Assembly (NCBI GenBank): GCA_977017645.1
Contig: OZ360230.1
Coordinates: 90,148,001 to 90,212,000, forward strand
Origin: Torpedo marmorata
Taxonomy: Eukaryota
Direction: 5' to 3'
Length of the DNA: 64,000 nt
This document shows positions 37,571 through 50,692 of this stretch, piece by piece; positions within the stretch are counted from its first letter, which is position 1, and the number at the start of each line of letters is the position of its first letter. Both the position numbers and the translations under genes were made by a program. The notes under the pieces are model-generated. The model had not been told where the DNA came from, did not search any database, and saw only the letters and a program-made list of their open reading frames with translations.

Positions 37571-39419
37571 AGCACCTAGTTATTTCTTCCCTTTCATGGC
37601 GAGCGACAACGTGCAATAGAAAGCCAAGGCGACTCCAAAAACGAGATTCAGTGTACCTGTGATGGAAGGGATCTCCACAGAGATAGGTTCCCACTGCCCT
37701 GTTCCTGATCATTACCCAGTAATTTTCCAAAGGAAAATGTTTCAAGGTGCCGTGTGTAAATACCATTGTTTCCGATGCCGGCACACTGGCATTTGGCAAA
37801 CAGCTGTCAGTATCTTGTATCCTTAGCCCAGGGACAAGGAAGAGAAATCCCAAGACCTCGCAGAACTACCAAAGGCAGAGCAATGGCAATAATCTGCTGT
37901 GACTGGGGTCCAAATCGAAAGTTCCCAAATCTCCCTGGCTCCATAAATAAATGAGCCATCAGCGACAGTCTTAAGGTGATGCTGTTCGGTCGATCAAAAT
38001 CAGTGATCTTGTCTAAGACGCAAGGCTTCACAGAGGCAAACAGATCCCACTTTCCACTGGCTGCTCCTGACCTTGCTCTCTCAGTGTTTGCTTGATCTGC
38101 CCTCCTCTCAAATCTTTCAAATTAACACACAGCATAATGGGATAAAGCTGCTTTGAGAATGTCAGACATGCATCACTGTTAAATGTCAGTGCTAACAAGG
38201 TTCAGATTTTAGCATCTCAGTTAAATTAAATTAGCTAAAAGAATGACAATGACTTTTCAAAGAGGCAAGCAGTAGCTTAAAGTACCAGCACAGAAACATA
38301 TTTTAAAAATGAAGTCTATAAAGATTTATTTCCATAGATTCACTCTTGCTATCACCCACTAACTCCTATCCACAACTTCCTTAAATTCCAGAGTATGGCT
38401 TCATTTCAAAGGCAATAGAGGGAAGGATTTGGATTTCTCACTATACAACACCCTTTCTTAACTATACTGTGTAGCTTATCATCATCTGCTATTCAACTAC
38501 AGAAATAATCACCTAATCCCTTCATCATTGAACTATCATGCATCTGGAGAAACTGCCATTGATGCATCCCACTTCCTAGGTGAGGCTGACTCCAAGACAC
38601 CAAACCAGGCCTGGTTTCGATCAGTCTGTTCGCCTTGTGGACTGAACCCAAGGAACTGGAGCTCCTTGAATGGAAGTCTGATGAAATCAGGAAGTTGAGG
38701 CATTTATGTTTCAAGATTAACCAGCTTCTGATAAGAACCTGGAGCGGGCGAGTAACAAAATGGAACAGATGCCAATGATCAATCATGCCGGCAGTAAGCG
38801 GTACTGCTTTCATCTAGGTCTCTTTGTCAGTTTGAAAACTGCCTCCAACAAGTTGGATCCCTGACTGACAGAACTGGGTACTGAACTACAGAAGAATATA
38901 TATGGAAAAATGCACAACAGCTTACTTGGCAAAGTAGATTTCAAGGAACAAGAGGAAGAGAGAGGTGAAGCAGTTTAGGAAAGGAAATCCAGAGGTCAGG
39001 ACCAAGGCAATGGAAAGGTCAACCCCCAAACTATAGCAATGATGAAAATCAGTGATACATGAGTGGTCAGAAATGGAGGCTGGAGAAACCAAGGCAGAGA
39101 TACAGGTCTGTCACAGGCAACAAGACCAGGAATCAATGTGGTGCACTATGCACAGAGATGGGCAAACAGGACTTGCTGCGTCATGGTATGGGCAAGAATA
39201 ACTTCAATGAACAACATTAAAGGTAGCATTTAACAGTGAGTCTTTCATGTCTTCTCATCTATGCCTCCTTTAAAAATGCTGGAAACACTCTGCAGGTCAG
39301 GCAACATCTATGGAGAGAGAAGATAATGTTTCAGGCTTCTGATCTTTGGGCTCAACCAACTTCTCTGAGTGAGCAGCTTCATCTGCAGGCATGACATGAG
39401 GCTTCAGAAACCATCAGTC

Positions 39420-39790
39420 TACTTACTCTAAGTTCTTGTGGTGGCAAGAGACTTCCATCATCCTTTGAAAAAGAGCGACAAAGTCTCACAATCCTTTGGG
39501 AGAACACAAAAATGGTCTCATCTCCGTCTTAAGTGGGCCATGCCTTTCTCCCACAAGAGGAAACATCTTCTTCACATCCACCCTGTCAAGATCCATCAGG
39601 ATAATTTATGCTTTAATCAAATTCTCTGAGTCTTCTAAACTCCAGTGGATAAAAGCCTAGCCTGTAAAACCTTTCCTCTGAATGCAAACTGCCTGGAACT
39701 TTCGCTTAACTGCTTGCAACATTTCAACATTTCTTGAAGAAGGAGACCAGTACACAACATTCTTGTTGTAGTCTCACCAATGCCTTTTAT
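39420..39790 (-). mobile_element. Old CR1 fragment
   Basis: ggtctcatctccgtcttaagtggg...ggaaacatc...accctgtcaag...cttctaaactccag. Confidence 0.6.
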
Positions 39791-39807
39791 AACTGCAGCA
39801 CTGTCTC

Positions 39808-40678
39808 AAAGTTCAAAGTTCAGATTTATATTCAGAGTACATACATGACACCACATATAGCCTTGAGATTCTTTTTCGTGTGGGCTAGGCAGAATTTATA
39901 CTTATCTGTAACTGTAAACTGTACTTAAGAAAAAAAGATACATAAATAAAAGAGAGAAATGTAAACAAACTGTGCAATACAGAAAAAAAATTCAGTAATA
40001 AATAATGTGCAAAGTTGAATGATTCTCTGATTGAGTCTGTTGTTGAGGAGTCTGAAGGTGGAGGGATAACAACTGTTCCTGAACCTGGTGGTATGAGTCT
40101 TGTGGCACCTATACCTCTTTGTGATGGCAGCAGCGAGTACAGAGAATGTCCTGGGTGATGCAGATCCTTGATTATTGTTGCTGCTCTCTGACAGCAGCGT
40201 TCTATGTAAATTTACTCGAAGGTGGGGAGAGTTTTGTCTGTGATATACTGAGCTGTATCCACTACCTTATGCAGGGCTTTCCACTCAGAGGTTTTGGTGC
40301 CCCCATACCAGGACATGATGAAGCCGGTCAGCATACTTTCCAGTACAGATCCGTAGAAGTTTACCAAGGTTTCCAATGTCATACCAAACCTCCGCAAACC
40401 CCTGAGGAAGTAAAGGTGCTGACGTGCTTTCTTCACGTTGACATTCGTGTGTTGGGTTAAGGAAGATAGTGACACCCAGGAATTTAAATTTGCTCACCTC
40501 TGCACCTCTAATCCCCCATGATCAATGGATCGTACACCCCTGGTTTTCCCTTCCTAAAGTCTACAATCAGCTCCTTGGTTTTGGTGGCATTGAGTTCGAG
40601 GTTGTTGTTCGTATACCCTTCAGCCAAGTTTTCAATTCCCTCCTATATGCTGACTCATTCGCTCCTTTTTATACACAA
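39808..40678 (-). mobile_element. Rex1/Babar 3' fragment
   Basis: KKARQHLYFLRGLRRFGM..ETLVNFY...ESMLTG. Confidence 0.9.
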
Positions 40679-41142
40679 CTTCAGCAATAAATAATAACAT
40701 TCTGATGGTTAATGGACCATTTCACATTTTTGCACATTATACTCATGTTGCCAAATCTTTGCCTCCTTACTGAATCTATTCATACCCATCTGTTAACTCC
40801 TTATGCTTTCTCCTTTTGGTCATTAACAAATTTAGCAGCCTAACCATTGGTACCTTCAACCAAGTCATTTTTTACAAATTGTTGAAAGCTAAGGCTGTGA
40901 CACGAACTGTTCATTATGCGACAGAAGCACAAGAAGCACAGAACACTCCCAGCTACCTGCTCATTTCGTCAAAAAACTGCCCACCCCACCAGTCGTAAAG
41001 TCTGTGAATCCCACATAAGACCCACAAAAGCCTCTGAACCCTCACAACTGTAATGGAAAAAGGCCACCATTAACCATCAGGCACTGCCTGAACTAAAGAT
41101 ATTTTACAAAGACTTTTGTGCATATCATGCTCTTTTGAGTGA

Positions 41143-41380
41143 ATTAGCGGTTAGCGCAACGCCTTTACAGCACCAGCGATCGGCACCGGGGTTCGAATCC
41201 CGCACTGTCTGTAAGGAGTTTGTACGTTCTCCCCGTGTCTGCGTGGGTTTTCCCTGGGGGCTCCTGTTTCCTCCCACCGTTCAAACGTACCGGGGGGTTG
41301 TAGGTTAATTGGGTGTAAATTGGGCGACACGGACTCGTGGGCCGAAATGGCCTGTTACTGTGCTGTATGTTTTAAAAAAA
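41143..41380 (+). mobile_element. tRNA-derived SINE (young family)
   Basis: B box ggttcgaatcc, V-type core. Confidence 0.92.
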
Positions 41381-42143
41381 ATAGCATTATTCATTCACAG
41401 AGCAAGCTCCACCTGTATCAAGTAGCCAATTGTACCAAGATTCAGATATTGCATTTGAGACGTCCCACAGAGAAAAACAGAGGAGTTCCTGTCCCCCACA
41501 CTCACACGAAGACAGAAATTTGTGTCCACATAATACCCATGGTCTGTTTAGCATATCAAGACACCAAGCCAGGCATGGTACAGTATGTGAGCCCAAACAG
41601 CATCAATAGAGGGGTGAGGGTGTGGAAGAGAAGTGAGAGAGGTCTGACTTAGAAGCTATCAGACTGTATATCCAGCAGCAATCATTGAATAAAGGTCAGC
41701 ATCATTAGTTTAGTTGAGATTATCCTTCTGCCATGTGAGGTCACTGACAGGATAAAGAGCAACACCAGCACTGACACATACAGCAGACCATGTCTTTGAG
41801 TTAGAAAGCTACTCTAGATATTTGAGCACACAATCAAGGATGGTATTGCTGGGCAGTACTGAGAGATTTCTGTTCTGCCTGAGGAGCCATCATTCTGAGA
41901 CTTGCTGATTTATTTTGAGTTTTAGCTCCACTGGCAAAGGCAAGCTTTTGATTCATCTTGCTCAAGTGGTCATTCTTCATGCAAACCTAGACTGAAGGCT
42001 GGAAGGTGACTCAACACCACCACATGCTACTGACCTCATCTCACCTTCTCACAGGAACACCTCATGTCACCATCATGGGAAGGAAACAGCACTTTTTTTC
42101 CTTCCTGGTTCACAACAATGGAATGCAACACTGCCACCAATAA

Positions 42144-42513
42144 TGTAAGGGTTAAAATGACTTGCAAGCATATTCTGCAAGAAGCCGGCAGATATTGTTT
42201 ACGCATTCCATGAGTGTCTCCTCGTAACAGCCAACTGCAAGGTTGAGGCTAGCTTTTTGCGCGTTTAAGATAAACAATCAGTTTTGAACTTTCCTTTGTT
42301 CTGTGAGAAAGGAAAGAATGGAGACGGTCCGAATAATTTTATTGACCGTTATAATCATCGTTTAAGTATCGTTTTAATTGTTTTATCATAGTTTTAATCA
42401 TATAAGCAAGTAGAGTAATGTAGTTACTAATATAGTTTTTAATAAACTGTGAAAAACTCAATGCAACTTGAGTACGGACTTTTTCTTGAACGAGTCATAA
42501 ACAACGGCACTCA
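42144..42513 (+). mobile_element. Solo-LTR-like element (TGTAAG...CTCA), no TSD seen
   Basis: TG..CA ends, AATAAA ~67 bp before the end; motifs shared with 12456-12995. Confidence 0.55.
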
Positions 42514-43716
42514 ATTCTTTCCAAGCAATTATAAAGGAAGATAGTCGCAATAAATAAAGAGCAGCTGCATCAGTACAAGGACTGAAACAGAAGTTATATG
42601 ACTCAGTTATTTCTCTGAAAAGTTCGCACATTATTGAGAGCTTTAGAGGTGCCTGATATCATTTTTCTTAACTTGCAATAAAAGAAACTCCTCAACAAGG
42701 ACCTTGAAGCGTTTGCAAGTGGTGCTTTTCATCATCTGATACTTTAGTTATTTGGATCCCGCAATTAACAGATGTTCCTTTGATAACATTATGCAAAATG
42801 CAGTAACAGCAGCAATTCTCCAGACCGTTCAAGGAATGCTCCTTGTCCCTGGATGTCACCTGGAGGTATTCCAAGAAACCATGTTTGAAATTCATGTGCT
42901 TCACACAAAACCAAAAGATTCCCCCGAGAGTTGACTTTAAAAGGAAATTCAAGAATACTCGCTCAAACAGCGAATCATTCAGTTCATTACTTGTGGTCAC
43001 AGGACATCTGTGCGACTGAGAGAAAAACTACATCTCCAATCTCAACAAGAGGTTCACTGTCTTGTATAAACTTCAAAAATGTTTGTGTATTTTGTTAAAG
43101 AGAAGCAGAATCCCTAAATTAGATGGCAACAATACTTACTGCTATTGCACATGAGAAAGAATATCACATTAATCCTTTGGCTACTAAAAAGAACAGAGAG
43201 CTATTCTTTGCTGCTCTTTCAGTGTGGTCAATGCACTGAATATGGAGTTCCTCCCATTTTGCTCTGCACTCCACTGACCAGGGGATACTGCCTTTCCTTT
43301 GTTTGTTGCAGAAGATCATAAGTTTCAGGAGAGATATTGCCCATATTTTCTCTTCCTTGAACTCATCTTGCTGACATGGAAAATTACTGATCTAATGGTG
43401 CCAGGAACCTTGGCTTTGGACCAGTTGGATAGCTGCTCCCCAGTGCCATGTGAGGAACTAATTCTGTATTTTGTTGCAAGCATGTCAAATATTACAGTGA
43501 CAATATCTATCTCCTTTGTCTTGGAATAGAACATGCATGGTATTATGCAGCAATATTTACAGTTACTGACCAAGGGTCACATCATTAATCCCCTGAAAAT
43601 AACTCCCATATCATACACTGTTTCAGAAATAGATAAGTAGGTTCACAGTCCATTACATGCACAATCTATCATCATTGCCAGTCTGTCTCTAAATTGACCA
43701 TTCACAAAACCTATTT

Positions 43717-43935
43717 GGGCAGCACAGTTAGCACCATGCTATTACAGCGGCAGCGACACGGGTTCAAATCCGGCGCTGTTTGTAAGGAGTTTGTACGTTC
43801 TCCCCGTGTCTGCATGAGTTTCCTCCGGGTGCTCCGGTTTTCTCCCACCCTTCAAAACACACAGGGGTTGTAGTTTAATTGGGGTATTTTGGCAGCAGGG
43901 GCTCGTGGGCCGGAATGGCCTGTTACCGTGCTGTA
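43717..43935 (+). mobile_element. tRNA-derived SINE; its tail is displaced to ~44773-44790 by a Rex1 insertion
   Basis: Ends gtgctgta; gtctaaaatttaaaattt resumes after the Rex1. Confidence 0.85.
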
Positions 43936-44771
43936 AAAACCAACCTTGCACTCAATGTCACCAAAACTAAGGAGCTGATTGTTGACTTCAGGAAAGGAAA
44001 GCCAGAGGTATACAATCCAGTGATCATTGGGGGATCAGAGGTGGAGAGGGTGAGCAAATTTAAGTTCTTGGGAGTCACTATCTCGAAGGATCTTTCCTGG
44101 ACCCAACACACCAATGGCATCATGAAGAAAGCACGTCAGTGCCTCTACTTCCTCACGAGTTTGCGGAGGTTTGGTATGACATCAGAAACCCTGGCAAATT
44201 TCTACAGAGGTGTGGTGGAAAGTGTGCTGACCGGCTGCATCACGGTCTGGTATGGAAACACCAATACCCCTGAGCCTAAAGCCCTCCAAAAGGTAGTGGA
44301 CACAGCCCAGGACATCACAGGCAAAACCCTCCCCACTATTGAGTACATCTACAGGGAACGCTGCCGTCAGAGGGCAGCAGCAATCATCAAAGACCCTCAC
44401 CACCCAGCACACGCTCTGTTCTCACTGCTGCCATCAGGAAAGAGGTATAGGTGCCACAAGACTCGCACCACCAGGTTTAGGAACAGCTGCTAGCCCTCCA
44501 CCATCAGACTCCTCAACGACAAACTCAATCAGAGACTCATTTAAGGACTCTTGTGCACTTTATTGATTTTCTTTTTGTTCTCTCTGTATTGCACAGTTTG
44601 TTTACATTCATTATCTGTTTACAGTTCTTTGTTTGTTTACATGTTTTACGCTGTGTACAGTTTATTTTTTGCACTACCAATTAGTGGTAATTCTGCCGCG
44701 CCCACAGGAAAAAGGAATCTCAGGGTTGTATGTGATGTCATGTATGTACTCTGACAATAAATCTGATCTGA
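43936..44771 (+). mobile_element. Rex1/Babar 3' fragment
   Basis: NLALNVTKTKELIVDFRK...FKFLGV...KDPHHPAHALFSLLPSGKRY. Confidence 0.93.
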
Positions 44772-45849
44772 AAGTCTAAAATTTAAAATTTCTGTCAACT
44801 GAAGATGCACACAGTACCTGTACCACAACGATTCACAAGCTATACTTCTATGAATAGTAAAAAGGTCACAGGTATCTCATTTATTTGGTCTTCTACTCTC
44901 AGAGCATACAGCCAATGTCACTCAAAGCCCAAGAGTGGGGTTGATTTATGTCAGGCCTGAGGCAGTAGAGTGGGTGGAAGGTTAACATACAGTGATGTAA
45001 TGGAATGTTATTTGTTTGTTAGTTGCTAAACTGTATCTTAACCAACAGCAGCAGAGGTAAACTAGTAAATTCAATTTGCTTTAATAATATACACAGAATA
45101 CATTTGGGTTCTGCTACTTGATCTCAGATGCCAATCACTGCACATAAGCACTACTTGTAGCAGTTTGTTAGGTTGGTACAACAGATTGCAACCCATTTCA
45201 AACCAACCCTCACCCAACCCCTGATCAGGGATGTCATTGAGCGATTATTTTTTCAATCATTCACATGATTAGGGGCATGGTCAATAATGATCCTGCCATT
45301 CATTCTTGACAAACACATTCAGCAGATATCAGGATCAAAACTATTCCCAACGTCTGTTGTAGCTTGCACCATTAGAAACAGGCATCAGAAAAGCCTTTAA
45401 GTTCAGAACACAGATTCCAACTGAGATATCTTAAGCATCCAGCAACCTATTAGGAAATAAATGATGGTAAAAGTTAATCAGATGCCATATTTCCTTGCCT
45501 GGTCATTGGAGTGCTGGGAGATTGACAACTATTTGCATACTGCTATGACAACAATTTTGCACAGACATGGGCAAAGCTTCCCAATTTCTTTTTTGCATAG
45601 CACTCATTCAAAGAATAATAAACTGGTGTTATTGGAATTTTTTTTTAAAAAACCTCTGATAATTGTCTTTAAAATTAACCTTAAAATTGAATTAATCCTT
45701 TTTTATTTCCATAATAGACAGATTTGCATTGCGCATTATCTTAGAATATTCCACAGCACATTACAGTCATGTACTTCACTGGCCATCTTGTCAGAAATAG
45801 TAGAAAATTTGAACACAAAAAGATCCGCAACAGAAGTGTAACAATGAGC

Positions 45850-46105
45850 GAATAATCCATTTTGTTTTGTGTGGTGGTGATTGAGGGATAGGCCAGGAAA
45901 CCAGGAAAAACTCTCAGGCATTTATTCAGATATAAATTATCATTTGGTTCACCTGAGAGGACAGCTTAATATCTCATCCAATGATTGGGCAGCACTCACT
46001 CAGTAATGGACTGTGAAATTAGAGCAGATTCTTTGTGTTCAAGTCTTTGGAGTGGAACATGAAGCTGCAACCTTGTCATCTAGATCCAGGAGCACTGACT
46101 GGCAC
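45850..46105 (-). mobile_element. Ancient Deu-domain SINE relic
   Basis: ttgagggataggccagg...cacctgagagg...atctcatcca...ttcaagtctttggagtgg. Confidence 0.55.
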
Positions 46106-46179
46106 TCTGGATTTCCTTAATGGCTACTGCACAAGAACATAAAGTGTTGCACTCATCACCCAGAACCACAGGCCAATAT

Positions 46180-46444
46180 ATTTAGACATTTAGACATACA
46201 TACAGCACGGTAACAGGCCATTTTGGCCCATGTGTCCGTGCCGCCCAATTTACACCCCATTAACCTACACCCCTGGTACGTTTTTGAACGGTGGGAGGAA
46301 ACCGAGCCCCCGGAGAAAACCCACACAGACACGGGGAGGACGTACAAACTCCTTACAGACACCGCGGGATTCGAACCCCGGTCCGGTCCCGATCGCTGGC
46401 GCTGTAAAGGCGTTGCGCTAACCGCCTCGCCAACCATGCTGCCC
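46180..46444 (-). mobile_element. tRNA-derived SINE (young family)
   Basis: ggattcgaacc (B box complement); full-length. Confidence 0.92.
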
Positions 46445-46476
46445 TTTCAATTCCATTGCCATCAGAATAAAATTAA

Positions 46477-47103
46477 TTCAGATTTCAGATTTATTGTCAG
46501 AGTACATACATGACATCACATACAACCCTGAGATTCTTTTTCCTGCGGGTGAGGAATTACCACTTACTGGTAGGGCAAAAAAAAAACTACTCAACGTACA
46601 CATGTAAACAAATAAGGAAATGGAAACAAACTGACTACAATACAGAGAAAAAAAATCAATAAAGTGCAAAGGTAAGAGTCCTTAAAAGAGTCCCTGATTG
46701 AGTTTATTATTGAGGAGTCTGATGGTGGAGGGTTAGTAGGTGTTCCTGAACCTGGTGGTGCAAATCTTGTGGCATCCATACCTCTTTCCTGATGGTAGCA
46801 GCGAAAACAGAGCGTATGCTGGGTGATGTGGATCCTTGATGATTGCTGCTGCTCTCCGATGGCAGTGTTTCCTGTAGATGTTCTCGATGGTGGGGAGGGT
46901 TTTGCCTGTGATATCCTGGGCGGTGTCCACTACCTTTTGCAGGGCTTTACGCTCTGGGGTATTGGTGTCCCCACACCAGACCACGATGCAGTGGGTCAGC
47001 ACTTTCCACCACACATCTGTAGAAATTTGCTAGGGTTTCCAATGTCATACCAAACCTCCGCAAACTCCTGATGAAGTAGCGGCACTGACATGCTTTCTTC
47101 ACA
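46477..47103 (-). mobile_element. Rex1/Babar 3' fragment
   Basis: KALQKVVDTAQDITG...KDPHHPAYALFSLLPSGKRY; ttcagatttcaga tail. Confidence 0.92.
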
Positions 47104-47794
47104 TCAACTCAGCTGCCATAAGAGTACGACTGCTACCTACAATGCCTTCCTCGCTTCGAATCATCGTTATTGGTGCTCGTAATTGCTCAGTAACATTCAA
47201 ATTCATCCCCAATATTTTATCCGTGTAAAATGAACATGACTTCCTTTTCTCCTTCTTGGCCTGATCACATCTCCTCAGAGACCAGGAAGCCTGCCGTTGC
47301 TCTTGAGAGTCCTAGTCTTTCAACTGCTGGTGATGCAATAGAAAAGAGAGTGAAAACTGATTAACCCTTGTGCTTTCTACTTTGTCCTCCTTATCTTGTT
47401 CAATGCAACAACTTGTAGAGTATTGGAATCCTTACGTGCTACACTATCTTCCACTTTTCAGTATTCAATTTTTGTTGCAATCTTCCATATGAACAACTAA
47501 GCAGTTTACCTGGTGTTTTCATCATTCCCCATTGTAACCATAGTGGTCGGCACTAATAAACTTGCTGAACAATGTGGCATGCTTATCCCTTTTATTATGT
47601 TAATATACCTGATTGCTTTGGTGATAGAGAGTGTAAGCCTATCATTTACGAGTCAATCTTGTAGGCATTATGGAAAAAAAATGCCCAAAACCACTGAAGG
47701 ACAAAACTGAATACTCCACTGGACAATAAAGCTTCTGGACAATGGGAATACTACACCAAGAAGGCAGCAATCCAAAGATAGCATTGAATATTGT

Positions 47795-48470
47795 TTAAGT
47801 TGAAGTTTCAGTTTATTTGGTACAGTGAGAAGGGTTCTTCCACGAGCAGTATAACAGGTCAACTCTAACATACATACAGCTGTATAAAGTAGAAGGGCAA
47901 GAGCACAATTACAGTGTAGAGTTACAATAGGAAAAAAAGATCAATTACAACAAAGGAAGGGCAGCATGACACCACTGTTGTGGGGTTCATTCAGGAGCCT
48001 GATGGCTGTGGGGCAAATTCTCTTCAACTTGTCGGTGTGCGATATCACACTCTTGAGCCTTCTCCCCAATGGGAGGAGGAGGAAGAAGAGAGAGGGTCTG
48101 GGGTGGGGTGGGTCCTTTAGTAAGCTGGCTGCCTTTCCAAGCTAGCGGGAGATGCAGACGGAGTCCATAGACGGGAGGGAACCTTCTGCAGTTTGTTATG
48201 ACCTCAGGCAGAGCAGTTCCCATACTGCACTGTGATCAATCCTGCAAGTATGCTATCGACAGTGCACCTGTGCAGTTGTTGAGGAACATGGGATATGCTG
48301 AACTTCCTTCAACTTCTGAGAAAATAGAGGTGTTAGTGAGCTTTCTTGACCATCATGTTAACATGCTTGTCCCAGGTTAGGCCACTTAAAGCTGTCTACT
48401 CTGTGGTTGGTCTCTACTCCCTCCCCTTAAGTCTCTGATCATCTCCTTTGTCTTATTGACATTGAGAGAG
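47795..48470 (-). mobile_element. Old Rex1-type fragment
   Basis: ttcattcaggagcctgatggctgtggg...; residual LLPPP..GEK frame. Confidence 0.65.
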
Positions 48471-48483
48471 ATATTTTTTTTAA

Positions 48484-48683
48484 TTAAAAAAAAAATTTAA
48501 ACTAAATTTTAAAAAATTTAGACATACAGCACGGTAACAGGCCATTTCGGCCCATGAGTCCGTGGCGCCCAATTTACACCCCATTAACCTACACCCCAAG
48601 TACGTTTTGAATGGTGGGAGGAAACCAGAGCCCCTGGGGAAAACCCACGCAGTCACAGGGAGAAAGTACAAACTCCTTACAGC
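48484..48683 (-). mobile_element. 5'-truncated tRNA-SINE
   Basis: Matches the 3' two-thirds of the young SINE family. Confidence 0.9.
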
Positions 48684-49811
48684 TTGGCTCTATGCCACTA
48701 GACTTTTTGTATTCCACTTTATCAGTATTTAACATCCAATCTACAACTGCGATGAAGCCAGTGAATTTGAAGATGGAGTTGGAATTATGGGTGTGGAGGG
48801 AAAACGGTGGAGGCGTAAGACTATGACGGACATTGTTCAATCCTATTTTCTGTGTCTCGGGTAAGTAAAGGCAGAATGTAGATAAGCAGTTTTCTCAGGC
48901 AATGAAATGTGTTGAGCTGTACTGAGGTCATGAATGTGGAATTAGAGAAGCAGCCAGGGAATGGTCAAAATATTTTAAAAGCCTGACAAGTTCAAGGATG
49001 TCCTTTAGGATGTAATCCTACTGTTCTTACTCAGTCTGACCCCCACATGACTCCAAACTCAGATCAATGTCCTTAAATGAAGTGACTTAGCAAGCCATTC
49101 ACTTGAACAATGAATGGGCCATATATTCCATTCTATCCAGGAGTGGCTACGAGCCAAGAATACATACAAAACTGAGACTGATTTCCAATGAAGGAATAGG
49201 TTCTTGTTTACAATATCAGCAACAGAGCAGATTGATGAGGAGGCAGTTCTAGCTTGTTACAATTTGACAGGTTTTATCCAACTTCCATTCAATACAGAAC
49301 CAGCAATGACTGGGCGGTTTAATTGATGTGTAAATGGTATCAGCTTCCAAATGGTGTAGTGGATCTGTTATTAAAGTGCACTACATTAGTCAGGTCAAAT
49401 CACTGCGCTGTGGTATTAATAAATACCTGCATCAAACTGTAACTGAAAATACTTGTAGTAATGAATCTAAAAGATTCCAATTGCCTGTACCGTAATTCAG
49501 AGCTCAAGCAGAATAAAGTTCTAACAGCTATAATTATGGAAAATTCACAACTCATGAGGACTTTCTGCCTATCTTGTTCTGGTCTTAATACCTTCCAAAC
49601 TGTGCAAACAAGGCAACAAGATGGAACTTTGGTTTGAAAAACACTTCAATCCAGGCCTGATGCCAAGCTACATGGGGAACATTTCCATGTCACGATCTTG
49701 GTGAACCAAGAGGGAATGTCAGCCTTGAGTGAAAATCTAAACTTCCGATTTTGTCATAAGTTTATATTCACTTAGATAAATGATTTCAATGGGCCAAATG
49801 TTGGTAAGAAC

Positions 49812-50692
49812 TGAAAGATATCCATAAAATTGAAAGAGTGCAGATTTACTAGGATATTGCCATGACTTGAGGAACTGAATTACAGGGAAAGGTTAAACAG
49901 GTTAGGACTTTATTCCCTGGAGCATAGAAGAATGAGGGGAGATTTGATAGAGGTATTTAAAATTATAAGGGATATCGATAGAGTAAATGCAAGTAGGCTT
50001 TTTCCACTGAGGTCAGGTGAGATACAAACCAAAGGACTAGGGTTAAGGGTGAAAGGGGAAAAAGTTAGTGGGAACATTAGAGGGAATTTCTTCATACAGA
50101 GTGGTGGGAGTATGGAACGAGCTGCCAAATGAAGTGGTGAATGCGGGCTCAATTTTAACATTTAAGAGAAATTTGGACAGGTACATGGATGAGAGCTATG
50201 AGAGGGTATGGACCAGTGGTTTTCAAACTGCCCCCCTAAACTCACATTCCACCTTAAGCAATCCCTATGCCATAAGTGCTGTGTGATTAGTAAAGGGATT
50301 GCTTAAGGTGGTATGTGAGTGGAAATAAAAAGTTTGAAAACCACTGTTTTAATCGTACCTAATTGACTCGTTATGTGCACGGTTTCATAACTCCAAAGGA
50401 AATGGGCCAATGGCAATTTTTCTCAAGCAAACTATTTCAGTAACAATTGGGTCTGGAGCAGTGGTTCTCAACCTTCCCTTCCCACTCACACACCACCTTA
50501 AGCAATGCCTTACTAATCACAGAGCATTTACGGCATAGGGATTGCTTAAGGTGGAATGTGAGTTTAGGGGGGCAGTTTGAAAAACACTGGTATAGACTGT
50601 ATGCAGGTCAGTGGGACTAGGTAGAATAATAGTTCGGCACAGACTAAAAGGGCTGAAGGGACTGTTTTCTGTGCTGTAATGTTCTATGGTTC
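49812..50692 (+). mobile_element. CR1/HER1 3' fragment interrupted by a MITE
   Basis: MRGDLIEVFKIIRDIDRVNASRLFPL; ttctatggtt tail. Confidence 0.9.
50214..50589. mobile_element. hAT composite MITE, second 376 bp copy
   Basis: 8 bp TSD gtatggac/gtatagac; same spacer as 32174-32285 in the opposite orientation. Confidence 0.92.

Noticed and set aside
37575-38740. Minus-strand acceptor-like sites at ~37656 and ~38738 with short open frames
   Set aside because: Weak donors and peptides that do not look like proteins; cannot be told apart from background
43717-44790. Apparent SINE-Rex1 chimera and 204 aa fusion ORF (43879-44493)
   Set aside because: The missing SINE tail (gtctaaaatttaaaattt) resumes right after the Rex1 end, so this is a nested insertion and the ORF fusion is accidental
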